Source: a virus. Taken from it: DNA of 64,000 bases. Position numbers and translations under genes: made by a program. Positions 17,491 through 25,801 of this stretch are shown piece after piece. The stretch spans positions 239,971-303,970 of IMG/VR virus record IMGVR_UViG_3300045996_002337. One strand, 5' to 3'. Position 1 is the first letter of the stretch. Every line of letters begins with the position of its first letter. The notes under the pieces are model-generated. The model ran no database searches, was not told where the DNA came from, and saw only the letters and a program-made list of their open reading frames with translations.

Positions 17491-17727
17491 TCAAGGCGCG
17501 TCGAAACTGCTCGAGACGAGGTTTGTCTCGAATACGTAACTGGATGTAGGAGGGGTGATGGTCAGGAGGACGACCATATTGGAATGCATATTCAATTCCC
17601 GCGTGCGCGGATTGAATTGCCTGTTGAGCGAGTGGGAGGTCGCTGCGAGAGATTGTGTAAAGATAGTGCTTTTCGGAGATCTACGATTGCATGATTTTTC
17701 CTGTATGGTTGGTTCCATTTGCGGCAA
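17491..17727 (-). CDS. hypothetical protein (low-complexity)
   Basis: 78 aa ORF downstream of an attataacc motif at about 17760. Confidence 0.3.
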   Translation of the reverse strand: MPQMEPTIQEKSCNRRSPKSTIFTQSLAATSHSLNRQFNPRTRELNMHSNMVVLLTITPPTSSYVFETNLVSSSFDAP

Positions 17728-17764
17728 GGAACCTTGGCCGAAACTATTTACAGTCGATGAGTGA

Positions 17765-17992
17765 TTATAACCTAACGTTGCCGATAATGAAACCGGTTTG
17801 ATCAGGTTGAGGCAATCTGCTTTTCAGCATTCGGAACTTCGTTTCGCCCTTGGGCTCATGCGAAAGAGGAATGTACAGATCGACCGATTTTTGACGTGGT
17901 TGGCTCAACACGAACTTCACATCATGACGATGCGCAATTTCCTTCAATTGCTCGTAGAACGTTTTCGAGGCTGGCTCGACTGGCATGATCAC
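17765..17992 (-). CDS. hypothetical protein
   Basis: 75 aa ORF. Confidence 0.45.
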   Translation of the reverse strand: MIMPVEPASKTFYEQLKEIAHRHDVKFVLSQPRQKSVDLYIPLSHEPKGETKFRMLKSRLPQPDQTGFIIGNVRL

Positions 17993-18228
17993 TTCCTCAA
18001 GAAGGCGCCACCTTCAAAGATCGACTGGCACTTCACACAACGAATGGCAGATGGATACGCCTTGCGGCGGGCTTCAGGAATCGGCTCGTCGCAGTCATCG
18101 CAATCAGCTTGGCCGCTGCCGATCAAGCCAAGACGTGCAACCGCCATACGGTCCTTCATCGTCTGCTCGATCTGATCTTGAACACCGTCCGCTGCACCCC
18201 AACCTACTGCCATCAACTTTCCTATCAA
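17989..18228 (-). CDS. DksA/TraR-type C4 zinc-finger protein
   Basis: CDDCDEPIPEARRKAYPSAIRCVKCQ is a CxxC...CxxC zinc finger of the TraR/DksA type. Confidence 0.55.
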   Translation of the reverse strand: MIGKLMAVGWGAADGVQDQIEQTMKDRMAVARLGLIGSGQADCDDCDEPIPEARRKAYPSAIRCVKCQSIFEGGAFLRK

Positions 18229-18241
18229 CTAACGATAGTCA

Positions 18242-18270
18242 ATTATAACCATTCTTACGAACGTTGTACA
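18242..18270 (-). promoter_or_regulatory. promoter of the TGTACA-N17-TATAAT family
   Basis: Plus attataaccattcttacgaacgttgtaca. Confidence 0.45.
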
Positions 18271-18632
18271 TCTAGGCGTTCAGAAATTCTTGCACGATTC
18301 AGTTGCTGAGCAGCTTCATCTGGTTCCCAGTCGCACCACCATGATGTGGGCATTTGAGGCAGATCTGGAATCGACATGAATGAAACCCGTCTCCCGCGTC
18401 TGAGACACTCTGAAACGATTTCGTTGTACCGCTTCTGGAGATATCCGAGCCGGGTGTAGAAGAACTTTACATGCCCACCGCCAAGCACATAGGCTGCTGG
18501 AAACTTGGAAGGATCATCACCCCTCGCGTACGAGTTGTAAGCGAGTGTAAAGACACGAGGAAGCTCCCGGTATTCGGCACCCAGATGCTTATCGGTCAAT
18601 TCACTTGGTGGAATGCAGTTGATTCGCGTCAT
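18255..18632 (-). CDS. denV: pyrimidine-dimer DNA glycosylase (T4 endonuclease V family)
   Basis: [28 protein letters not shown]...[30 protein letters not shown] closely parallels T4 DenV ([28 protein letters not shown]...GAGHVTFFYDKLEFLRKR...ECLKRG). Start placed at the internal Met. Confidence 0.8.
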   Translation of the reverse strand: [125 protein letters not shown]

Positions 18633-18640
18633 CGCAATTA

Positions 18641-18717
18641 TGGCCGCCTCGCTGGGGATCGAACCCAGGACCAATCGCTTTTAGAGGGCGCTGCTCTACC
18701 GCTGAGCTACAAGGCGA
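18641..18717 (-). tRNA. tRNA with anticodon-region cctctaaaa (CUA-type, possible amber suppressor); atypical 8-nt T-loop
   Basis: Acceptor cgccttg/cgaggcg, D-arm tagctcagcggtagagc, encoded CCA. Weak anticodon stem. Confidence 0.5.
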
Positions 18718-18723
18718 AAATTT

Positions 18724-18800
18724 GGTGCGTCGTAAGGGATTCGAACCCTTGATCAAGTGTTTTAGAGGCACTAGCTTTAGACCGCTAAGCTAACGACGCG
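18724..18800 (-). tRNA. tRNA with anticodon CTA (amber-reading, suppressor-type)
   Basis: Acceptor gcgtcgt/acgacgc, anticodon region agtgc-cTCTAaa-acact (U33, CUA at 34-36, closing C-A mismatch), T-arm aagggTTCGAATccctt, encoded CCA. Confidence 0.6.
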
Positions 18801-18816
18801 TTGAAGCTATTATACA

Positions 18817-19254
18817 TCAGATCATTAGCGCCGGCTTAAACTTTTTAGCGTCGTTACATACTACATCAAGGTAATCTGTGATGAAGTTACCAGGAATTCT
18901 TGGGTTTTTAATCGCACCCAGCTGGGTGCTTGTTGCCAACGCTTCACCGTCCTCGGCATAGAGGGTGGCCGAGTTCAAAACCAGTTTGTCATCGCGGCAA
19001 ATCGCGGTCACCGAATCGATGAAGTAGGAGCCTTTCTTCTTCGCGCCTTCTACCACTCGCTCTTGGAAGAGCTTCAGACGGAGAGTAGAAGAAACTTCAT
19101 ACCCGCCGTTGTGTTGGCGGATAAAAAGTGACTTCATGTCTACTTCTATTTCAAATGCTGGTGATGCCCCAATTCGAACGAACTCAGTAACGTCTTGGAT
19201 GGGAGTCGTAATGATCCCCAATGCAAGTAGCACATGTGTGAGGAAAGAACCCAT
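18817..19254 (-). CDS. hypothetical protein (N-terminal hydrophobic segment)
   Basis: 145 aa ORF. AGGAG RBS upstream. Confidence 0.5.
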   Translation of the reverse strand: MGSFLTHVLLALGIITTPIQDVTEFVRIGASPAFEIEVDMKSLFIRQHNGGYEVSSTLRLKLFQERVVEGAKKKGSYFIDSVTAICRDDKLVLNSATLYAEDGEALATSTQLGAIKNPRIPGNFITDYLDVVCNDAKKFKPALMI

Positions 19255-19299
19255 CGACGACTCCTGTTAAGCTGATTTCGTATTTACACACATTGGGAG

Positions 19300-19695
19300 C
19301 ACATATGACTGCGGAGCCCGAAGGCTCCGCAGGATGGTTGGTTTACAAGGTGATCAACCCCGCCGTCGAGAGGTTATTAAGCTCTCGACTGCCCTTTCAG
19401 GCAGCCATACGGTAGTTTGCTTCGTTTGCACTTAGCTGTTTTACGCTGATTAGGTCAGTCGTCTCTCCTGCCGCGTATGATCGTCTCCGAAACCCTGTCG
19501 AAACCAGGTCATCCCCATTACAAATTTCTCTGAACTTCCGGGCGCCCAGTTGTTCTTGTTTCCCCAAGCTTTGGTACTGAAAACAGTGTTGGGATGCAGT
19601 AAGAGAAATTTGTGGTGGAGATGGCGGGAATCGAACCCGCGTCCAGAATCCTTCAAGTCACTCCGAATTACGGCAATCAACTGCATTGCTGCAGT
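19300..19695 (-). ncRNA. ssrA: tmRNA (SsrA), circularly permuted two-piece form. Acceptor piece about 19613-19695, intervening about 19517-19612, coding piece about 19300-19516.
   Basis: 3' tRNA-like domain ggacgcgggTTCGATTcccgccatctccACCA matches the E. coli tmRNA 3' end except for two nucleotides. Downstream 5' acceptor ggggatgacctggtttcgacagggtttcgg resembles tmRNA 5' ends and pairs with catctcc giving G3:U70. Tag frame GCA AAC GAA GCA AAC TAC CGT ATG GCT GCC TGA gives ANEANYRMAA (19397-19429). Terminal UUCG hairpin at 19311-19330. Confidence 0.75.
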
Positions 19696-19746
19696 ATGTT
19701 CCTATTATACACTACAATCACTTACCAAAGCTCAAATAAATGTGCT

Positions 19747-20298
19747 TTATTTTACACCGCGGAAGAGAGTCTCTAGAGGATACGTAGCCTCGATTCGCTT
19801 TTTCACCGCTGCGTTCTCGGATTTTGGGATGGTGCCCGCAACGAGGTCTGCCCATTGCTTCCGAGCTTCCTTGCGTTCTTTCTTGAACTCTGCGGCCAGC
19901 TCCGACGGTGTCGCACCTGCTTCCAGCTTTTTCAAGAGCCCCTTCGCTGCCTGAGCAAGTTCTGAGTCCTTGGAGTTGCCGAAGCTGCCTAGGTGGTCAG
20001 CGCTTTTCGCTTCCCATCCAGCCGCGTACTTCTCAAGCTTTTTTTGCCACGCCGTAGATTCGTCTAATGAGAGTAGTTCTTGTAGTAGCATGTATTCTCC
20101 AAATGTTGTTTGTTCGCTGAGCCCTGCTCTGCGCTTCACAATGCCGTTGACGTAGGCCCAAAACCGTGGGCCTTTCTTTTTGAATTTTTTCTTAGCCTGC
20201 TGTTCAGCTTCTTTCCACCAGCCCTCAATGTGCTCAGCGGATTTTCCTGTCTTTTCAGCGTAGCTCTTAACAACTGCGTTTGGCATGTCATCCTCCAA
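19747..20298 (-). CDS. hypothetical Lys/Ala-rich protein
   Basis: 183 aa ORF. Confidence 0.55.
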   Translation of the reverse strand: MEDDMPNAVVKSYAEKTGKSAEHIEGWWKEAEQQAKKKFKKKGPRFWAYVNGIVKRRAGLSEQTTFGEYMLLQELLSLDESTAWQKKLEKYAAGWEAKSADHLGSFGNSKDSELAQAAKGLLKKLEAGATPSELAAEFKKERKEARKQWADLVAGTIPKSENAAVKKRIEATYPLETLFRGVK

Positions 20299-20506
20299 TT
20301 TCTTCTAGCTGCTTTCGAATGCCTTCGAAAACCCGCCGAATATGTTCTTGTTCTTCTGCGGTAAGCGGCAACTCCAGTAACTGGAACTCCTCTAGCCTAC
20401 GCGTTTCAGTAGCTTTTTCAGCCTCTGCTTCGCGAATGCGCTTAGAAACGATTCGCATGGCGTTTCGCAAGCTTAGTTGAGACTGCCTTCTCAAGCTCAC
20501 GCTCAA
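20288..20506 (-). CDS. hypothetical small protein
   Basis: 72 aa ORF. Confidence 0.4.
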   Translation of the reverse strand: MSVSLRRQSQLSLRNAMRIVSKRIREAEAEKATETRRLEEFQLLELPLTAEEQEHIRRVFEGIRKQLEEIGG

Positions 20507-20789
20507 GTTGTTTGCTCCAGCCTGGAAGTTTGGTTACGTTTGTGCCAATTGGCCATGTCTTGACGAGCTCACCGTCTTCGCCAACTTGATCAGCCGGAGA
20601 AGCAAGAGTCGCTACACCAAGTTCAACTGACTCAGGTTGGCGTTCGTCAAACGAAGCATCATCACCATGCCGTGTTACGCTCGCCGCTTCATGCTCATAC
20701 TCAACCTTGATTTCAAGCGAGTCAAAACCATTGTCTTGAACATCAAGAGTGACTACCTCAGTGGGCAACTTAATTTCAAAAAGCTTCAT
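20442..20789 (-). CDS. hypothetical protein
   Basis: 115 aa ORF. Confidence 0.5.
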   Translation of the reverse strand: MKLFEIKLPTEVVTLDVQDNGFDSLEIKVEYEHEAASVTRHGDDASFDERQPESVELGVATLASPADQVGEDGELVKTWPIGTNVTKLPGWSKQLERELEKAVSTKLAKRHANRF

Positions 20790-20827
20790 AGTTGTTCCTA
20801 ATCCAAGGTAGTATTTATTGCCAAATC

Positions 20828-21166
20828 TCAGTCTACGTGAGGATTTTTGAAGACCACCTTCACGCCAAGTCTGTCAGCATGGGCAATTTCGCCAGCCACT
20901 CCAACCGAGGTATCGTGGCCATCAAACTGCAGCACCCACACCTCCTGACAGCAGCCAATAACAGCTCGACAGTAATCACACCATTGTTCCCAGGTGGGCT
21001 CCAGCGGCATGTACGGAAGAAGTTGGTACTGCTGCACCATTGGTGCAATGAGCGCGCAGTCAGGATTCTCCATCTGCAACTTGGCAAGATAGCTCAAGAA
21101 TTCCCCCTTGAGCTTCTCATTTTCAACTGTTCCTTTTGAGGGAATGGAAATGAAGACCGTTTTCAA
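20828..21166 (-). CDS. hypothetical protein
   Basis: 112 aa ORF. Confidence 0.5.
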   Translation of the reverse strand: MKTVFISIPSKGTVENEKLKGEFLSYLAKLQMENPDCALIAPMVQQYQLLPYMPLEPTWEQWCDYCRAVIGCCQEVWVLQFDGHDTSVGVAGEIAHADRLGVKVVFKNPHVD

Positions 21167-22563
21167 AACTCGGTCCTTGCGCGAACCTCAGCGAGAGTCG
21201 TTTCATTCATAATTTTACCATTCTGGTAAACGGTGACCATCTCGTCCTCGAATTCCTCGTTGAGGGTACCTTGATCCGTGCGGAGGGTCATGAGCTCACC
21301 GGTCAGCTTGCTGCGGAACAGGGAGAGGGTGCCTTCTTTCGACTTCTTGCCAGGATCGGTGATTGGATCCTTGGCGATGCCAACCCATTCACCATTTACT
21401 CGTACGGCAGATGCCTTCATGGCGAACTTGTAGGTATCGCGGTTGACCTTCTGCAACAGAGCACCACCAGAACCGAAGACAATGTTGTCAGCGGCGAAAC
21501 CCATTGCTTGGAGATTGCCAAGCAGAGTTTTGATCGAGAGGTGATCGACACCATCGCCCTGCAGCAGACCGACGTGCTTGATCTTCTTGAAGCCCTTGGC
21601 GTTCAGCTCATATCCGAAGGTAGCAGCTTGAAGCTTCAGGAGGCGTGGAACAACTTCCATCATGTCGCCAGAATCGGGGCGGAAGACGACCTTTGCACCA
21701 CTTGCGATGATCTCGTCCTTCAGCGTGGTGCAAAGTTGTTCGGCGGCACGGTACACATCGTAGCCATCGATCACGATCGAAACGATACCACCCGGCTTGC
21801 CGAGGTTCTTGATGACGTGACGAAGATACTCGAGTTCTTGCTCGGGCTCCCGGCCAAACGAGCATTCGACGCTGTGCTCGGTTGCAGGAACCGAAAAGGC
21901 GGCCATCGATTCCTTGTAGTAGAAGTTGGCGGCGCGAACACCTTCAATCGTGTCCGAACCCATGAAGTTCACCAAGTGGGCAGCGCCACCGATTTCAGCC
22001 TGTTCAGCGGAGGTGACACCACGCCCACCGAAGTCATGCAGCGCGAAGGGCAGACCACCAAGATCTGCACCAGTTGCATTGTAGAAGTTGCGAATTTCGC
22101 GCTTGATTGCGTAGTCAAGTGAGGCGATGGTGGTGGCGTACCAGACCGCGCGAAGAATGGCGGTCTCGATGTACGAGCAGAGCCAGAACAGGTCTTCATC
22201 ATCGCACTGCACGGTCACAATGGCGTTGCCAGAGCGAACGGGAGTTCCTTCGCGCACGGCCCGGATGGTCAGGGGCAGAAAACCGCCATACACTTTCACG
22301 ATCTTTTCCCAAGCCGAACGCTTGAATGGTTCGCCATGGCCAGCAGCAAAGGCTTCAGCCTCGTCGATGTGCGCGGTGGTGATTCGAATCGTCAGGAACT
22401 TCTTCAGCCACATTTGTAGGCCGAAGGGAATCATGATGTCACGACCATTGGTGCGGGCCTCGATATACGAGAACATGCCGGTGACGTTCTTCGGGTAGGC
22501 GAAGGCGTGCGACAGCTTGTACGAATCAACAGCGAGAATGGGATTGAAAGTGAGAGTGGTCAA
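21163..22563 (-). CDS. nadV: nicotinamide phosphoribosyltransferase (NAMPT/NadV)
   Basis: ILAVDSYKLSH N-terminus and HDFGGRGVTSAEQAEIGGAAHLVNFMGSDTIEG closely match the NAMPT active-site region. Confidence 0.8.
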   Translation of the reverse strand: MTTLTFNPILAVDSYKLSHAFAYPKNVTGMFSYIEARTNGRDIMIPFGLQMWLKKFLTIRITTAHIDEAEAFAAGHGEPFKRSAWEKIVKVYGGFLPLTIRAVREGTPVRSGNAIVTVQCDDEDLFWLCSYIETAILRAVWYATTIASLDYAIKREIRNFYNATGADLGGLPFALHDFGGRGVTSAEQAEIGGAAHLVNFMGSDTIEGVRAANFYYKESMAAFSVPATEHSVECSFGREPEQELEYLRHVIKNLGKPGGIVSIVIDGYDVYRAAEQLCTTLKDEIIASGAKVVFRPDSGDMMEVVPRLLKLQAATFGYELNAKGFKKIKHVGLLQGDGVDHLSIKTLLGNLQAMGFAADNIVFGSGGALLQKVNRDTYKFAMKASAVRVNGEWVGIAKDPITDPGKKSKEGTLSLFRSKLTGELMTLRTDQGTLNEEFEDEMVTVYQNGKIMNETTLAEVRARTEF

Positions 22564-22648
22564 GATTAGCTCCTAATCAAGTTATAGGCAGTTCACGTCT
22601 ATCGCAAACTGGCAGGTTTTTAGAGGACCCCGCTAACCTCATCTTACA

Positions 22649-23911
22649 TTATAGCATACCCTTATGAAGGCGTACATCCTTTGCTGAGGGACCATGAGAT
22701 GTCAAGCAAACACGAATGCCCATTCGTGCCTCAATGATCGAAGGAAGTTCTGCCGTTAGGATTTCGTGAAGAACATCCTGCATAACCACACGCATCTTCT
22801 CGCCCATTTGGTCAAGACATGTGATCACAATGAGCGGCTGGGCAATCGTGGTGCTGGAGACCTGAGCGTAACTTTTCGCACGATGCATGTCCAACGCGAT
22901 GAAGCGCTGTAGGTTGTCAATATCCAGCGGTGCGTAACGAAGGGTGCCTTGCCATTCGTTGTGAACGTTTGTCTGATCGTTCAGGGGACGATCAGTGATC
23001 ATCTTTCCTTCATGCAATAGAGCCCCATTACCATGACGGGTGGTGTACGCCCGTGTCACGTAGATAGGTTTGACGTTGGTGTAACCACATTCGTTGGCGG
23101 CAGCGATGGAAGACGCTAGACCAGTAACAGAGCGGGTGACGTGCGGAAACTCACCAAAGAACTCGTCAAGCATCAGGCCTTGAGCACCCTCGACGATCAT
23201 GCACTGACGAAAATCGTTGAAGACCTTCGGGTTTTCAAATCGTAGGAAGACGGCCATCCGACGAAGCTCGCCGGCGAGCTTCGTCGTGCTCAGATCAAAC
23301 ATGGAGAAGTAGAGCTGCGCCTTCGCTTGCACATCTGCGCTGGCGTTCGTGAAGCTGGCCATAGAGAGCCCGTACTCGTGAAGCCGCTTCGGCACCCATT
23401 CCTTGCGAATGCGTTGGAGAATGTGCGCAACTTCAAAGCCACTTGACCGTAGCATGTCGAGGGTGAGGAAGTGTCCTGCCTTGTGACGTGTCACGGTCTC
23501 GTTGATACCAAGCCCACATGAACCATGACGGTTGTCGCGTGCGAGCTCGGCAAGAGAATTGATCGCCATGTCGTAGATGGTTGTTACGCGGCAATCACGG
23601 TGGGCGTAGATGTCAGGACGGTGACCGAGCTTCTGAAGAGCGAGCAGCTCCTTCTTCAAGACTGGTGCGTTGAGAATGAAGTTCGACCCGAGGTAGGTGT
23701 TGGCTCCAGCAAATGTACCAGAGCCGACGTGACCGAACACATGACGCTTCTCGCCATCGACCACGGTGTGCCCCGCTTGAGCACCGCCATTGCCACGAGC
23801 AACTAGGGGTGGGACGCCTTGTTCTGTGAACGCGCGGGTGAAGTAGTCCGTTGCCAAACCCTTACCCTCGTCTCCAAACCCGGCCCCAATGATGGCGATT
23901 GCAGTTGTCAT
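22649..23911 (-). CDS. adenylosuccinate synthetase homologue (PurA family; possibly PurZ-type)
   Basis: P-loop IGAGFGDEGKGLATD and GGAQAGHTVV correspond to the PurA GDEGKGK and GGxNAGHT motifs. 420 aa. Confidence 0.75.
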   Translation of the reverse strand: MTTAIAIIGAGFGDEGKGLATDYFTRAFTEQGVPPLVARGNGGAQAGHTVVDGEKRHVFGHVGSGTFAGANTYLGSNFILNAPVLKKELLALQKLGHRPDIYAHRDCRVTTIYDMAINSLAELARDNRHGSCGLGINETVTRHKAGHFLTLDMLRSSGFEVAHILQRIRKEWVPKRLHEYGLSMASFTNASADVQAKAQLYFSMFDLSTTKLAGELRRMAVFLRFENPKVFNDFRQCMIVEGAQGLMLDEFFGEFPHVTRSVTGLASSIAAANECGYTNVKPIYVTRAYTTRHGNGALLHEGKMITDRPLNDQTNVHNEWQGTLRYAPLDIDNLQRFIALDMHRAKSYAQVSSTTIAQPLIVITCLDQMGEKMRVVMQDVLHEILTAELPSIIEARMGIRVCLTSHGPSAKDVRLHKGML

Positions 23912-24162
23912 CCCAGATTCCTGGCCGCGAAGTGATTGAACACAATGACAGCGACTTCCATTTCCGGCGTAACACAGATCAAAGACCCTGAGTTACGTAC
24001 GTGAAACAGAACTTCAGCGCCATCATCATGTTCAGCAGTTAGAGCCACGCGTCGATTTCGAGAATACGTTTCGAAGAGCTCTACGAACCCTTCCTCGTCA
24101 AACTCTTCGCTCATACTGGCAAACACGGTTTCCAACTGCTCTTGGGTAATGGTCATAGTCAT
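23908..24162 (-). CDS. hypothetical protein
   Basis: 84 aa ORF, 4-nt overlap. Confidence 0.45.
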   Translation of the reverse strand: MTMTITQEQLETVFASMSEEFDEEGFVELFETYSRNRRVALTAEHDDGAEVLFHVRNSGSLICVTPEMEVAVIVFNHFAARNLG

Positions 24163-24188
24163 GGTTGATTATAACCTATCTTAAGCAG

Positions 24189-24443
24189 TTAGAACACCAC
24201 TGCGCAGATCACCAAATCAGGATCGTCTACCTCCAGATCCAACTCCTCAAGATCATCAGCGCGGTAGCACTCATCTCCATCGAAGTAATTGGTCTCATCA
24301 CTTCCAGGCGGTGCGAAGTCGATGCCGTTCATGTAGCGATAGCCGTTTCCTTCATCGTCCTTCTGGAGGACGATCAACGTTTCGTCAGGAATGCCCACAA
24401 GCATCGCCTTAAGATCTGCAACTGTAATCATCTCAAACTCCAA
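24189..24443 (-). CDS. hypothetical acidic protein
   Basis: 84 aa ORF. Confidence 0.45.
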   Translation of the reverse strand: MEFEMITVADLKAMLVGIPDETLIVLQKDDEGNGYRYMNGIDFAPPGSDETNYFDGDECYRADDLEELDLEVDDPDLVICAVVF

Positions 24444-25338
24444 TGCTGTTGCTGAAGGCGTAGCGCAGCTCGTTAGGGCAGGTGGATTCGGTCAACACCG
24501 TTTCAAAATCTGCACCGTTTGCGATGGCCATCGTGGCGATCACAATTTCTGTCAGATACTTGCGATTGCGCAAGAAGATGGCGTTCGGACCTAGCATCTC
24601 TGTCCAGCTTTCGCGAACACCGCGGTTGCTAACACCGTGCTCAACGACGATGTGAAAGACCTTGAACTTTTGCTGGGCGGCTCGCAGACTGGCCTCAGGA
24701 GAAGCGCCTTCGTAATTACCTGGGCCAAAAATGATCTCGAGGTCACGCTTCGAGACGTCCTGAAACGGAGCTGGCTCATCACCGAACGTGAAGAGGAAGC
24801 CCTTACGGCCCTGCTTTTCAAAGCCTTCGAGATATGTGTGGTGACCAGCAAAATACCAAGCAAGGTCGTACGACTCGGAGCCATTGCCACCGCCATTACC
24901 GACCAGCCACATTTGACGAAGCTGTTCGACGATCCGCAGATCTGGTTCGAAGTACGAAACCTGCAGCGCTCCATGGCCCTGAGCGAAGACATCATCGATG
25001 CCCATGAACATGACATGCGGGTCAGATACGATACCCGTTTCATGAATGCGCGTCATGAGCTTTGGGAGCTCTTCCTTCGCGATCTGCTCTGCAACCGAGC
25101 CCATCGAACCTGTCACGTCTAGACCGAGAATGATCGGAGTCGGATTCGGGTTCGAGTCGCTGATGATGCTTTCGCGAAGCTGCAGCCCCGTGCGCTCGCC
25201 CTTGCCTACCTTGACATTGCGCGGATCAAGCTTCTCATTCACCCGGTGCGCAAAGACTTCATCGCGCGACTTCGATACGTAGTTTGTGCTACGCGCATAC
25301 GACGTGTAGTCGTCATTGTTCCAGCGGCTGTTACCCAT
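24433..25338 (-). CDS. von Willebrand factor A (VWA) domain protein
   Basis: MIDAS-like ILGLDVTGSMG. Confidence 0.55.
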   Translation of the reverse strand: MGNSRWNNDDYTSYARSTNYVSKSRDEVFAHRVNEKLDPRNVKVGKGERTGLQLRESIISDSNPNPTPIILGLDVTGSMGSVAEQIAKEELPKLMTRIHETGIVSDPHVMFMGIDDVFAQGHGALQVSYFEPDLRIVEQLRQMWLVGNGGGNGSESYDLAWYFAGHHTYLEGFEKQGRKGFLFTFGDEPAPFQDVSKRDLEIIFGPGNYEGASPEASLRAAQQKFKVFHIVVEHGVSNRGVRESWTEMLGPNAIFLRNRKYLTEIVIATMAIANGADFETVLTESTCPNELRYAFSNSIGV

Positions 25339-25340
25339 GT

Positions 25341-25706
25341 TTATTCCTTTTCGTTTTTTGCGGCAAACTTTCGCGCTAGCCGCTCATTCACACGTTGCAT
25401 TCCGTGCACCTTGATGGTAGGAGCTCTCATGAACTCGTCTTCTTGACTAGACCACACCTTCGATATCTTGCACACGACAACTGAATCTTGACCGTCTTCC
25501 TCTGACCACTTTTTCATCAGTTCCCTGATCTGGTGGCATTCTGTCGAAGTAACGCTTCCAAGCTTTTGTCGACCATTATGCAGCATCACCGCATGCGAGT
25601 CATACTTGTTATTGATGTCGGAGACGAGGTAAAGGTGCTGATCGAAGTAGTCGGGAAGTAGTGACGTGTTGTACAGTTCGCGATGTGCCCCTTTGTAGAA
25701 CCGCAT
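25341..25706 (-). CDS. hypothetical protein
   Basis: 121 aa ORF. Confidence 0.5.
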   Translation of the reverse strand: MRFYKGAHRELYNTSLLPDYFDQHLYLVSDINNKYDSHAVMLHNGRQKLGSVTSTECHQIRELMKKWSEEDGQDSVVVCKISKVWSSQEDEFMRAPTIKVHGMQRVNERLARKFAAKNEKE

Positions 25707-25801
25707 GCCGACGATTGTGACTGAGTTCAGAATTCGATGCTCTGACTCAGTCAGATCGCGAAGCCCACTGTGAAACTTCGCGTCTGCATCGCTGTCGTCG
25801 G

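Noticed and set aside
19613-19650. Fragment of the ssrA 3' end, first read as a phage attP core (tmRNA genes are classic integration targets).
   Set aside because: The matching 5' half of tmRNA and a tag reading frame lie just downstream on the same strand. The locus is therefore a complete permuted tmRNA gene, not an attachment site. No integrase is present in the window.
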